Source of the DNA: an uncultured Ruminiclostridium sp.
GTDB taxonomy: Bacteria > Bacillota > Clostridia > Oscillospirales > Oscillospiraceae
Reading direction: 5' to 3'
Length of the DNA stretch: 64,000 bases
Assembly: GCA_964453275.1 (NCBI GenBank)
Contig: CAYVNT010000002.1
Coordinates: 206,417-270,416 of the forward strand
Shown: piece after piece, positions 38,126-47,161 of the stretch
How the letters are laid out: each line of letters begins with the position of its first letter
Position numbering within the stretch: the first letter of the stretch is position 1
The notes under the pieces: model-generated
Told to the model about the DNA's origin: nothing
Database searches by the model: none
Seen by the model: the letters and a program-made list of their open reading frames with translations, nothing else
Program-made: the position numbers and the translations under genes

Positions 38126-38518
38126 ATGAAAAGCGGCACTTATTGCTATCGCATTGAATTGATTGCCCCATTGGGCCCCAGACACGGCGAAATGAACATC
38201 CAACTGACCGGAAACGAACTGTCCGGCGTGTTCGCCATTCTTGGCAATACCAGCGCATTCACACATGGTCGTTATGAGAGCGGAAACATTGCCATCCACG
38301 GAGCACTCAAAACGCTGCTGTACGACCTTCCCTATGCGCTGACTGGCAAGATGGATGAAGATGTCGTTTGTTGTAAACTGCAAACGTCCAAGGGCGTTCT
38401 TTCCATGTCCGGAACAAGGATGTTTCGCCATCCTCAAACAGCAGAGCGGCAAAACAAACAAATCGTTACTAAGAAAGCAGGTAAGCAGCATCATGATGGA
38501 ATACACCAAAAAAATTGA
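38126..38518 (+). CDS. Hypothetical small beta-rich protein
   Basis: GGAGG RBS; G-x-Y...APLGP...LSG...G.I.I.G pattern; overlaps the next gene. Confidence 0.65.
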   Translation: MKSGTYCYRIELIAPLGPRHGEMNIQLTGNELSGVFAILGNTSAFTHGRYESGNIAIHGALKTLLYDLPYALTGKMDEDVVCCKLQTSKGVLSMSGTRMFRHPQTAERQNKQIVTKKAGKQHHDGIHQKN

Positions 38519-39479
38519 TTTCCAGTCGCATTTTCTCTCACCGGCATATTATGAATTTCTGGAGAGCGAGGGCCTGGAAAAACCGGACGGCTTCACCACG
38601 CCGGACTGGGACTTGGAGACACAACTGGAGAATATGGAGACTTTGGGGATCGCGTTTGCGTTTTTGGAGCTTTCTTCACCGGGACTCTACACGGCACAGA
38701 AAGAGAAAACGCTGCGGTATGCCCGCCGTATCAATGAAGAAGCGGCAGAGTATGTTTCCCAACAACCCGAGCGTCTCGGTTTCCTCGCAACGCTCCCGCT
38801 TCCATACATGGCGGACAGCATGACAGAGGCCGTTTACGCGCTGGATACCTTACATGCGGACGGGATTGGCATGCTGACCAACAGCGGCGGCGTTTACCTG
38901 GGAGACCGGCGGTACGACGATTTGATGAAAGAGCTGGACAAACGGAGCGCGTTGGTTGTCATCCACCCCACTACGCCGGCGGTCAGCGTTCCGCATGTCT
39001 GCGAGGATCTCAGCATTCCCGCCATGGAGTTCTTTTTCGAGACCACACGGGCCTTCACCAACATGGTGCTCAAGGACACCTTTGCGTGCTTTCCCAACAT
39101 CAAATGGGTGGTCCCCCATGCGGGCGCGTTCCTCAGTATTCTGGCAGACCGCTTCGAGTCATTCGCGGTCATGCTGCGCATGGAGGACCAGGACCGCCGC
39201 GCCGATTTGATGGCGGATATGCGCCATGTTTACTATGACGTCGCGGGTTTTTCCGAGAAAAAACAGTTGGAGCTGCTACTCAAGAACGTAGACGCCAGCC
39301 ATCTGCTCTATGGCTCCGACGCACCGTATACCGACATTTTTGCCTGCATGCGGCAAGCGGAGGCCCTGGAACAGACAGAAAAGCTGACCCACGAGCAAAA
39401 GCGGATGTTATTTACAGAAAACGCGCTGGAACTGATGCCACGTCTTAAAAAACTTACATTTTCGGGAGGTCGTGCGTGA
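38493..39479 (+). CDS. Amidohydrolase family 2 (ACMSD/aromatic decarboxylase-like)
   Basis: IDFQSH, RINEEAAE...PERLGFLATLP, VIHP, HAGAFL, LYGSDAPY. Confidence 0.88.
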   Translation: MMEYTKKIDFQSHFLSPAYYEFLESEGLEKPDGFTTPDWDLETQLENMETLGIAFAFLELSSPGLYTAQKEKTLRYARRINEEAAEYVSQQPERLGFLATLPLPYMADSMTEAVYALDTLHADGIGMLTNSGGVYLGDRRYDDLMKELDKRSALVVIHPTTPAVSVPHVCEDLSIPAMEFFFETTRAFTNMVLKDTFACFPNIKWVVPHAGAFLSILADRFESFAVMLRMEDQDRRADLMADMRHVYYDVAGFSEKKQLELLLKNVDASHLLYGSDAPYTDIFACMRQAEALEQTEKLTHEQKRMLFTENALELMPRLKKLTFSGGRA

Positions 39480-39796
39480 TGCAGACGGTCATTGAAACCA
39501 AGAAATTTGAAGCTAAAATCAAAAGTCCCATGGGACCCATCAAAGCTTATGTGGAGCTTAGCATGTATTCCGAAACTGCATTCGGCGGTACGGCGAAGCT
39601 GCTGGGCCTCACTGTCCCCTACGAAAACGGCAAGGTGAACGGGAGCAACTATCAGCTTGGGGTTCAGGTGAAGCTGCCGTTTGGAGAGCTGCCGGTGGAT
39701 GTGGACATCAATTTAGCCGCCGATGGAACCATCACGGGCTGGGCTTATGCCCCCAAGCATAAACCCATGAAAATAGAAGGAGCGCAAGTGAAATGA
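39476..39796 (+). CDS. Hypothetical small beta-rich protein, distant paralogue of 38126..38518
   Basis: IKSPMGP...FGG...ENGKVNG...DGTITG; GTGA coupling to both neighbours. Confidence 0.65.
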   Translation: MMQTVIETKKFEAKIKSPMGPIKAYVELSMYSETAFGGTAKLLGLTVPYENGKVNGSNYQLGVQVKLPFGELPVDVDINLAADGTITGWAYAPKHKPMKIEGAQVK

Positions 39797-42258
39797 GTGA
39801 GCACAATCGGAAAAAGCAAGATGGTGGTGTCATTATCAAGGCCGCGACCTTTATTGTGGATAAACGCAACTTGTTTTTTCTGTTGCTCATCATCGCCATC
39901 GTCTTCTCCGCCTTTTCAAGCCGCTGGGTTCATGTGGAGAACTCCTTGTCGGCTTACCTGCCGGACGATACCGAGACCAGAGTGGGACTCGACATCATGG
40001 AGCAGGAATTTGTGACCTTTGGCACAGCCGATGTCATGGTCGCCAACGTCTCCTACCCGCAAGCGGAGGAAATTCTTCAAAAGCTGGAGGCGGTGCCCGG
40101 TGTATCCGGCGTCACCTTTGACCAAACCGCCGACCACTTCACAAACGCCAGCGCCCTCTACCATATCACCTTTGCTTATGATGAACAGGAGGACGCCTGT
40201 CTCACTGCGCTCGACGCCGTAAAGCAAACCCTCGCCGGGTACGACCTCTATGTCTCCACCACGCTGGGTGACACGCTCTCGGAAACGATTGCCAACGAGA
40301 TGCAGCTTATCATCGTCATTGTGGGTCTCCTGGTGGTAGGCATTCTCTTACTGACCTCGGAGACTTATGCCGAAGTGATCGTGTTACTGGCGACCTTTCT
40401 CTCCGCTGCCATCATCAACATGGGAACCAATTTCCTCTTTGGCACCATCTCCTTTGTCTCAAACTCCGTCACCATAGTGCTGCAGCTGGCGCTGTCGATT
40501 GACTATGCCGTCATTCTGTGTAACCGCTTTAAGGAGGAGCACGAGACCCTGCCCACCCGTGAGGCGGTCATTGTGGCCCTTAGTAAGGCCATCCCCGAAA
40601 TTTCGGCCAGCTCCCTCACCACCATAGGCGGCCTGACGGCCATGACCTTCATGCAGTTTAAAATCGGCGTGGATATGGGCATCGTTCTCATCAAAGCCAT
40701 TATTTTAAGCCTGCTTGCCGTCTTTATCATCATGCCGGGACTTCTGGTCCTCTTTAGTAAGCTGATGGATAAAACGAGGCACAAAAAGCTCATCCCCCCT
40801 ATCCCCTTTGTGGGAAACATCGCATACAAAACACGCTTGATTGTCCCGCCCATATTTTTGGTCCTGGCCATCGCCGCATTGTTGATCTCCAACAAGTGCC
40901 CCTATGTATACGGTTACAGCCAGCTGACCACACCGGTTCAGAATGAATCCCAAATTGCCGAGCAGATGATCAAGGATAACTTTGGCAAGGATAATGTGCT
41001 TGCCATGATGGTGCCGGTCGGCGACTATGACGCGGAGCGACAGCTCCTTGCCGAACTGGAGGCGCAGCCCGAGCTGGATTATGCCACGGGCTTGAGCAAC
41101 ACCGAGGCGATGGACGGATACATGCTGACCGATAAGCTCAACCCGCGCCAGTTTGCGGAGCTGACAGACCTCGATTATGAGGTGGCCGAGATGCTCTATG
41201 CCGCCTATGCAGTAGACGATGAGAGTTATGCGAAAATTCTCAATGGCCTGCCCACCTATGGCGTACCGCTCATAGATATGTTTATGTTCCTTTATGACGA
41301 GGTGCAGGAGGGGTATATCACCCTTAAACCGGAATTGCAGGAGACGCTGGACGATGCCTATGTACAGATGCGGGACGGTCGCGTGCAACTGGAGGGCGAA
41401 CATTACAGCCGCATCCTCATGTCAGTAAACCTTCCCCAGGAGGGTGCGGAGACCTTTGCATTTCTTGACGAGCTGCATCAAATAGCGGGCAAATACTACC
41501 AGGGCGCGGTTTACCTCGCAGGAGACTCGACCAGCCAGTATGACCTATATCACTCCTTCCAGCAGGATAATACAGTGGTAAACGTGGTCTCCATTCTCAT
41601 TGTCCTGTCGGTGCTCCTGTTCACCTTCAAGTCGGCGGGCATGCCTGTCCTGCTGATCATGGTCATTCAGGGCAGTATCTGGCTCAATTTCTCCTTCCCG
41701 GCATTGACCCAGTCTCCGCTCTTTTTTATGAGCTACCTCATCGTCTCATCAATTCAGATGGGCGCGAACATCGACTATGCAATCGTCATCTCATCCCGAT
41801 ACATGGAGCTGTCAGAACAGATGTCACCGAAAAAAGCCATGATAGAGACGATGAACCTCTCCTTCCCAACCATTATCACCTCCGGATCCATGCTTGCTCT
41901 TGCAGGCCTCCTGATCGGCCAATTGACCTCGGAGGCGGCCATCGTGGGGATTGGGCAATCCCTTGCCAGAGGGACACTCATCTCCTTAGTCCTAGTCATG
42001 TTCATTTTGCCACAGCTGCTGCTGTTCGGAGATAGAATTATCCGCAGAACCTCATTTTCTGTCAAGCTTCCGATGCCCACACGCAGCGCGGCAGGCGGGT
42101 TTGTGCGTGTGGATGGACGCATCCATGGTCAGGTATCAGGAACAATCACCGGCACCGTTCACGCAGTCATCAAAGGCCAAGTGGATGCCTTTGTGCAATC
42201 AGGCGAAGTGAAAGAAATCGAAGCACCGGCAGAACAGGAGGATACCGATGAAACATAG
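39793..42258 (+). CDS. MMPL/RND family transporter
   Basis: LQLALSIDYAVIL...F.EE, ISASSLTTIGG, IQMGANIDYAIVISSRY; two-lobed 12-TM layout. Confidence 0.92.
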   Translation: MSEHNRKKQDGGVIIKAATFIVDKRNLFFLLLIIAIVFSAFSSRWVHVENSLSAYLPDDTETRVGLDIMEQEFVTFGTADVMVANVSYPQAEEILQKLEAVPGVSGVTFDQTADHFTNASALYHITFAYDEQEDACLTALDAVKQTLAGYDLYVSTTLGDTLSETIANEMQLIIVIVGLLVVGILLLTSETYAEVIVLLATFLSAAIINMGTNFLFGTISFVSNSVTIVLQLALSIDYAVILCNRFKEEHETLPTREAVIVALSKAIPEISASSLTTIGGLTAMTFMQFKIGVDMGIVLIKAIILSLLAVFIIMPGLLVLFSKLMDKTRHKKLIPPIPFVGNIAYKTRLIVPPIFLVLAIAALLISNKCPYVYGYSQLTTPVQNESQIAEQMIKDNFGKDNVLAMMVPVGDYDAERQLLAELEAQPELDYATGLSNTEAMDGYMLTDKLNPRQFAELTDLDYEVAEMLYAAYAVDDESYAKILNGLPTYGVPLIDMFMFLYDEVQEGYITLKPELQETLDDAYVQMRDGRVQLEGEHYSRILMSVNLPQEGAETFAFLDELHQIAGKYYQGAVYLAGDSTSQYDLYHSFQQDNTVVNVVSILIVLSVLLFTFKSAGMPVLLIMVIQGSIWLNFSFPALTQSPLFFMSYLIVSSIQMGANIDYAIVISSRYMELSEQMSPKKAMIETMNLSFPTIITSGSMLALAGLLIGQLTSEAAIVGIGQSLARGTLISLVLVMFILPQLLLFGDRIIRRTSFSVKLPMPTRSAAGGFVRVDGRIHGQVSGTITGTVHAVIKGQVDAFVQSGEVKEIEAPAEQEDTDET

Positions 42259-45200
42259 AGGAAAAATGATCAGCTTCATGATGGCGTGTGTCCTCTGCGT
42301 CGGCTTGGCAGTTCCCGCCTTTGCGGCGGATCCGGCACCCATTGTTTCCATTGACAACACGGAGGATTTTTTAGCATTTGCGAAAAACTGCACCTTGGAC
42401 ACTTGGTCGCAAGGCAAAGAATTTAAGCTCACCAGCGACTTAGACCTTGCAGGGACTGATTTTGTGTCAATCCCTACCTTTGGCGGAACCTTCGATGGAC
42501 AGGGCCATACCATAAAAGGATGGTCGGTTTCCCGCAGCATTTCTCAGACCGGTTTTTTTGGCATTGTGCAGCCGGGTGCCGTGATCAAAAACCTACAAGT
42601 CACCGGAAGCATTGTGCCTGCGGGCACGCAGGATGTCCTGGGTGGGATTGCGGGGACAAACTACGGCACCATCCACAATTGCAGTTTCACCGGAACCGCA
42701 AAGGGCAACAGCATGGTTGGCGGGATCGTCGGAAACAATGAAGCGAGCGGCGTGATCACCGGATGCCGTGCCTCCGGCATCATATCCGGCACCCATTTCA
42801 CAGGCGGTATCGTCGGCCTCAACAGCGGCAGCGTTTTGAACTCCATCAATGAAAGCGCGGTGAATACGGACTATGTGGAAGTGCCGGTTAGCCTTGAGGA
42901 TATGGAAATTGACTGGGCGCGCCTGAACTCCACGGAAAATGCCCCCGCCCATACCGACACCGGGGGCATCAGCGGGTATTCCACAGGCTCCATCGAGTCC
43001 TGCACCAACAAAGGTGCTGTTGGCTATCCACATGTCGGCTACAATGTGGGCGGTATTTCCGGCCGGCAATCCGGGTATATGAACGACTGTGTCAACAACG
43101 GAACCATAAATGGCCGAAAAGATGTAGGCGGTATTGTTGGGCAGATGGCCCCAGACATCAGCCTGAAGTTCAGCCAGACCAGCATCCAGACGCTGAAGGA
43201 CGAATTGAACACGCTACATGGACTGTTAGGAAAAATGCTCGATCATTTGGATTCCTCCTCCAGCCAAGTTTCCTCGGAGCTGACCACGGCATCGGGATAT
43301 TTGGATGCCGCACGGGATAGCGCCGGTAGCATCAATCATCAAATCACCGGTTTTGTGGATGAAAACATCAGCGCCGTCAACGATTTGACCGCTCTCATCC
43401 AGAAGTATACCGGCCAATTGCCAACAATCCTCACAGAGTTGGAGAACGCGGCGACGGCCGCTTCACAGGCATTCTCGGAATTTCAAGAGGGCGCTGCGCA
43501 GCTCAATGACCTCATAGCACTATCCGATGATGCTATCGGTGATTTGCAGAGAGCGGTTTCCAATTTGCGTCAGGCGTCTACCTACCTTGGCGCCGGGATA
43601 ACAGAAGTCAAAGCCACCGTTGACACCCTCACCAAAGACCGGTATCTGCCTGATCTGTCTGCCGAAATGAAGCAGCTACAGCTCGATGGCGCGGCATTTG
43701 CCGATGCGATCGAACGCTTCGCGGTCATCGTTGAAGAAGCAACAGCGGAATATGAGGCAGCCGGCACCATCAGTCCCGCGACTCTCGAAACGCTTCTCCA
43801 GTCACTGACTGATGTAACGACAAATGCCTCCACCGTGGCAGCAGACCTGGACGCCATCATGCAAAAAATAGATTGGACCCTTGTCGGGCAAGAAGCGGAG
43901 AACTTACAAGGTGATGTACAAACGGCCCTGCGTCATTTGTCGCAGACAGTGAACTACTTTTCCAATGCTTTTGACGAAATAGACAGTACCCTTTCAGAAA
44001 TGTCCTCCTTCTTCACACATCTGGAGGAAGCAAACCGTTCCATTGGTCCGATTGTGGACCGAACGCAGTCAGCGCTCCAATCGCTTGCATCAGCATCAAA
44101 TGACCTGTCCAGCACAGTCAATTTGCTGAGCCAATGGGCGGCGGACCTCGCCGGGGAGGACGAAATCAAGTTTCAAGGCCTGGGAGATGATTACACACAG
44201 AACGCAGAACGCCTGAACGCTGCCTTGACCGGACTTTCCGGCTCCCTATCCTCGCTCAACAGTACACTCAGTGCATCCAGCGATACGCTCATCAGCGACC
44301 TTCGCGCTGTCAACAACCAGTTTATGGTGGTCATGAATCTGATGCTCGATGTTTATACCGACGTTGGCACTGCCGAACTGAGTCGTGAAAACTATTATGA
44401 AGACATCTCCGACGAGGATATTTATGAAAAACGCGAGGGTAAGGTAGTCGGCTGTAAAAACCTTGGCGCAGTGTACGGAGACGTCAATGTAGGCGGTGCA
44501 GCAGGCTCCATGGCAATTGAGTATGACCTCGACCCGGAGGATGATATCTCCGCCAACGGGAACCGTTCCTACGACTTTAAATACCAGACCAGAGCGATTC
44601 TGCTCGAGTGCGTGAACTCAGCCGATGTAAGCGCCAAAAAAGACTATGCAGGCGGCATGGTCGGACGAATGGATTTGGGGACAGTCTACTACAGCGAGAA
44701 CTATGGCTTTATCTCCAGCACCTCAGGTGATTACGTGGGCGGCATCGCAGGACAGTCTCTCTCATCCATTCGCAAGTCCTTTGCCAAGAGCTTTCTGTCC
44801 GGACGCAGGTATGTGGGCGGCATCGCAGGGCAAGGCAAGGACATCAGTGGATGCTACACGCTGGTCAAGGTGCGAGAAGATGCGCAAAACGTTGCCGCCA
44901 TTACCGGTGATGCCACGGGAACGCTCTCAGGCAACTACTTTGTTTCGGATGACCTTGCGGGTGTGGATAGAGTGAGTTTATCAGAGAAAGCTGAGCCCAT
45001 ATCCTATGAAGCCCTGATTATGGCAGAAGGGATTCCTGATCGATTCAAAAGCCTGTCTATGATTTTCATGGCGGATGATGCTGTGGTAAAAACGCTTTCC
45101 ATCCCATACGGAGAAACCTTAGAGCAGTCCCTTGTGCCCGATGTTCCCTCCAAAGAAGGCTACTATGGGCAGTGGAGCAGGACGGATTTCACCAACCTGA

Positions 45201-45673
45201 GATTCGATGACGTCGTTGAGGCCGTTTACACAAGGTATTGCACCACACTGGCAAGCAGCGCGCTGCGCAACAATGGACAGTCTGTGATTCTTGTTGACGG
45301 ACAGTTCTCTCAGGATGAGGCGATTACCACCACACAAGGAGACGTCAGGGATGTCCCGCTGGCTAATATGGACGAATATTGGCGTCTTACCATGCCCGAG
45401 GACACAGAAACGCAGCACACCATCCGCTACCAGCCCCTAAACGGAAACCCTAAGAAAACAAGCATTTACCTGTATTCTGATGGACAGTGGAACAAGGCAG
45501 ACACCGAAATCATGGGGCGCTATCTGCTCCTGTCCGCAGACGGAACCGAGGTGCAGCTTGCAGTGAAGTCGCCGGAACAGTCCCATTGGCTGCTCGTCAC
45601 GGTTGGCGCAGGTGCCACACTGCTGGCGCTTACGCTCGTCCTATGGCGGCGGAGAACAAGACAGAACGCTTGA
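42248..45673 (+). CDS. Membrane-anchored GLUG-motif protein with a central long helical/coiled-coil region
   Basis: Signal peptide; repeated V-G-G-I-x-G motifs at both ends; Ser/Ala/Leu heptad-rich core; C-terminal TM plus RRR. Confidence 0.85.
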   Translation: MKHRGKMISFMMACVLCVGLAVPAFAADPAPIVSIDNTEDFLAFAKNCTLDTWSQGKEFKLTSDLDLAGTDFVSIPTFGGTFDGQGHTIKGWSVSRSISQTGFFGIVQPGAVIKNLQVTGSIVPAGTQDVLGGIAGTNYGTIHNCSFTGTAKGNSMVGGIVGNNEASGVITGCRASGIISGTHFTGGIVGLNSGSVLNSINESAVNTDYVEVPVSLEDMEIDWARLNSTENAPAHTDTGGISGYSTGSIESCTNKGAVGYPHVGYNVGGISGRQSGYMNDCVNNGTINGRKDVGGIVGQMAPDISLKFSQTSIQTLKDELNTLHGLLGKMLDHLDSSSSQVSSELTTASGYLDAARDSAGSINHQITGFVDENISAVNDLTALIQKYTGQLPTILTELENAATAASQAFSEFQEGAAQLNDLIALSDDAIGDLQRAVSNLRQASTYLGAGITEVKATVDTLTKDRYLPDLSAEMKQLQLDGAAFADAIERFAVIVEEATAEYEAAGTISPATLETLLQSLTDVTTNASTVAADLDAIMQKIDWTLVGQEAENLQGDVQTALRHLSQTVNYFSNAFDEIDSTLSEMSSFFTHLEEANRSIGPIVDRTQSALQSLASASNDLSSTVNLLSQWAADLAGEDEIKFQGLGDDYTQNAERLNAALTGLSGSLSSLNSTLSASSDTLISDLRAVNNQFMVVMNLMLDVYTDVGTAELSRENYYEDISDEDIYEKREGKVVGCKNLGAVYGDVNVGGAAGSMAIEYDLDPEDDISANGNRSYDFKYQTRAILLECVNSADVSAKKDYAGGMVGRMDLGTVYYSENYGFISSTSGDYVGGIAGQSLSSIRKSFAKSFLSGRRYVGGIAGQGKDISGCYTLVKVREDAQNVAAITGDATGTLSGNYFVSDDLAGVDRVSLSEKAEPISYEALIMAEGIPDRFKSLSMIFMADDAVVKTLSIPYGETLEQSLVPDVPSKEGYYGQWSRTDFTNLRFDDVVEAVYTRYCTTLASSALRNNGQSVILVDGQFSQDEAITTTQGDVRDVPLANMDEYWRLTMPEDTETQHTIRYQPLNGNPKKTSIYLYSDGQWNKADTEIMGRYLLLSADGTEVQLAVKSPEQSHWLLVTVGAGATLLALTLVLWRRRTRQNA

Positions 45674-45736
45674 GTGTCAGCTCTTGTGTCACGGCATCAT
45701 GGATTGATGAAACGGCAAATATGTCACATTAACAAT

Positions 45737-45772
45737 AATGGCAGCAAAGTTAATTTAAACTTTGCTGCCATT
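45737..45772. terminator. 15-bp perfect hairpin at the boundary between host-like and AT-rich DNA
   Basis: AATGGCAGCAAAGTT-N6-AACTTTGCTGCCATT. Confidence 0.7.
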
Positions 45773-46093
45773 TCTGCGTCATCACATGATAGTGTTGTTC
45801 TATGTTCCGATATCAGTGGGTTCACGGCCTATTGTCTACTTTTACAGGAGCGCTTCCTATTTGGACGGCTTAAAATTTTTAATTTTTATTTTGTGATATT
45901 TTATTATTTTATCCGTTACTATAGTATAAACAAATTTAGTCATAATTCATTTTCTCAAACGAAAACAAAAAAACAAGAAGCAAGGATTGTTTCCAAATTT
46001 CAATTGTGGGTTAATTGCAATAAAATCCTTAATATATTTTCCAATGTTTGGGAGTGAAATGAATCTAAATGCTTCCATTATGTCGTAGGTGAG

Positions 46094-46444
46094 TTGGATA
46101 ATACAGTGCAAGTAGTAAATTCAACATCAAAAATGGACTTTGGCGCTAATTTTATTACTATTACTGTTGGAGCTATCGTAAGCATCTTGACGGGTGGTTT
46201 TAGTTCTTGGGTTGCTGCTGGTGCTGGCTACCTGTCATCCGCTTCTATGAATTCAATTGCGAACTGGCTAAAGAATACAAATCCATATTATCAGTATGCA
46301 TCTTTTAAGGATATCAGAAATGCGCGTGCCAATAACAATCTAGTTTATTATTATAAACATTCCGTGTATGCATGGAATAAGCGTGATTATGACGGCAACA
46401 AGTACTTGGTTGAAACTTATTACCAAGCAGATTATCCACGGTAA
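46094..46444 (+). CDS. Hypothetical, possibly 5'-truncated bacteriocin/toxin-like protein
   Basis: Gly/Ala-rich hydrophobic helix pair then a Tyr-rich tail; weak TTG start, with the frame open back to 46058. Confidence 0.5.
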   Translation: MDNTVQVVNSTSKMDFGANFITITVGAIVSILTGGFSSWVAAGAGYLSSASMNSIANWLKNTNPYYQYASFKDIRNARANNNLVYYYKHSVYAWNKRDYDGNKYLVETYYQADYPR

Positions 46445-46454
46445 GGAGTAAAAC

Positions 46455-46706
46455 ATGAACTTTATCCTATCTCTACTTGTGTTCGTTGTATTATACTGGT
46501 TGCATTTGACTGCAGTGAAAAAAAATTATTGGGGATTAGCTATTGCTGAATACACGATCATCCTTTGTCTGGTTATAGTTAATGAATGTATTTGGAAAAA
46601 TCATGAGTTAATTTTTATCAGCTATACGACCGCTTTTGTTTTCTTAGGTGCAGGCGGAGCAACTTTGATTATGTCATTTATCAAACGCAAAGATAAAAGC
46701 AGATAG
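46455..46706 (+). CDS. Small 3-TM membrane protein (immunity-like)
   Basis: AAGGAG RBS; hydrophobic helices with a basic C-terminal tail. Confidence 0.65.
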   Translation: MNFILSLLVFVVLYWLHLTAVKKNYWGLAIAEYTIILCLVIVNECIWKNHELIFISYTTAFVFLGAGGATLIMSFIKRKDKSR

Positions 46707-46783
46707 GATAGTAGCAACAAATCTGTATCTAAACTTTCTATTCATTCCTTTGGAGCGTGAAATCCAGAGTTTGAATCACTAAT

Positions 46784-46818
46784 AAAAACCCTTGAGGCAC
46801 TGCGTCTCGAGGGTTTTT
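46784..46818 (+). terminator. Intrinsic terminator
   Basis: AAAAACCCTTGAG-N9-CTCGAGGGTTTTT. Confidence 0.8.
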
Positions 46819-46853
46819 ATGTTTGAAGTTTCTTCTTTGTGGTCTTATCATAT

Positions 46854-46964
46854 ACCATGGACACCTACAGTCACCTTTACCCAAGCAAGCAGGCGGAGGT
46901 TGCCACCAAGCCGGACATACTCATGGGAACGGTAGCCGATCCGCAAATTGTAGCCAATTTGTAG
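46854..46964 (+). pseudogene. C-terminal remnant of a tyrosine integrase (not in the ORF track)
   Basis: Manual translation TMDTYSHLYPSKQAEVATKPDILMGTVADPQIVANL*, containing the catalytic-Tyr TYSHLYP motif. Confidence 0.8.
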
Positions 46965-47025
46965 CCAACAAAAAGAAAAATCCTTGCAAACCCGCATAAA
47001 TGCAAGGTTTGCAAGGACATAAGAC

Positions 47026-47037
47026 TTATTCCCATTC
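47026..47037 (-). repeat. att-like copy of the guaA 3' terminus
   Basis: GAATGGGAATAA (EWE*) versus GAGTGGGAATGA at 50880-50891, 10/12 identical. Confidence 0.7.
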
Positions 47038-47161
47038 GCTCTTTGTGAGCGCAATCTAAACGGTTTTGTTTAGACGATTAAGCTGACAATATTCTGATTA
47101 CTTTGGTTATCCATAGAGTATGGGCTGTCTAAGTTTTTTGTTGCCATTGTGTTGCCGATAA

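Noticed and set aside
45674-46444. Possible TGA read-through joining the 127-aa and 116-aa ORFs, which share a frame
   Set aside because: The upstream part spans a terminator hairpin and AT-rich promoter-like DNA and is not protein-like. There is no SECIS-like hairpin, and TGA is a normal stop in other genes here.
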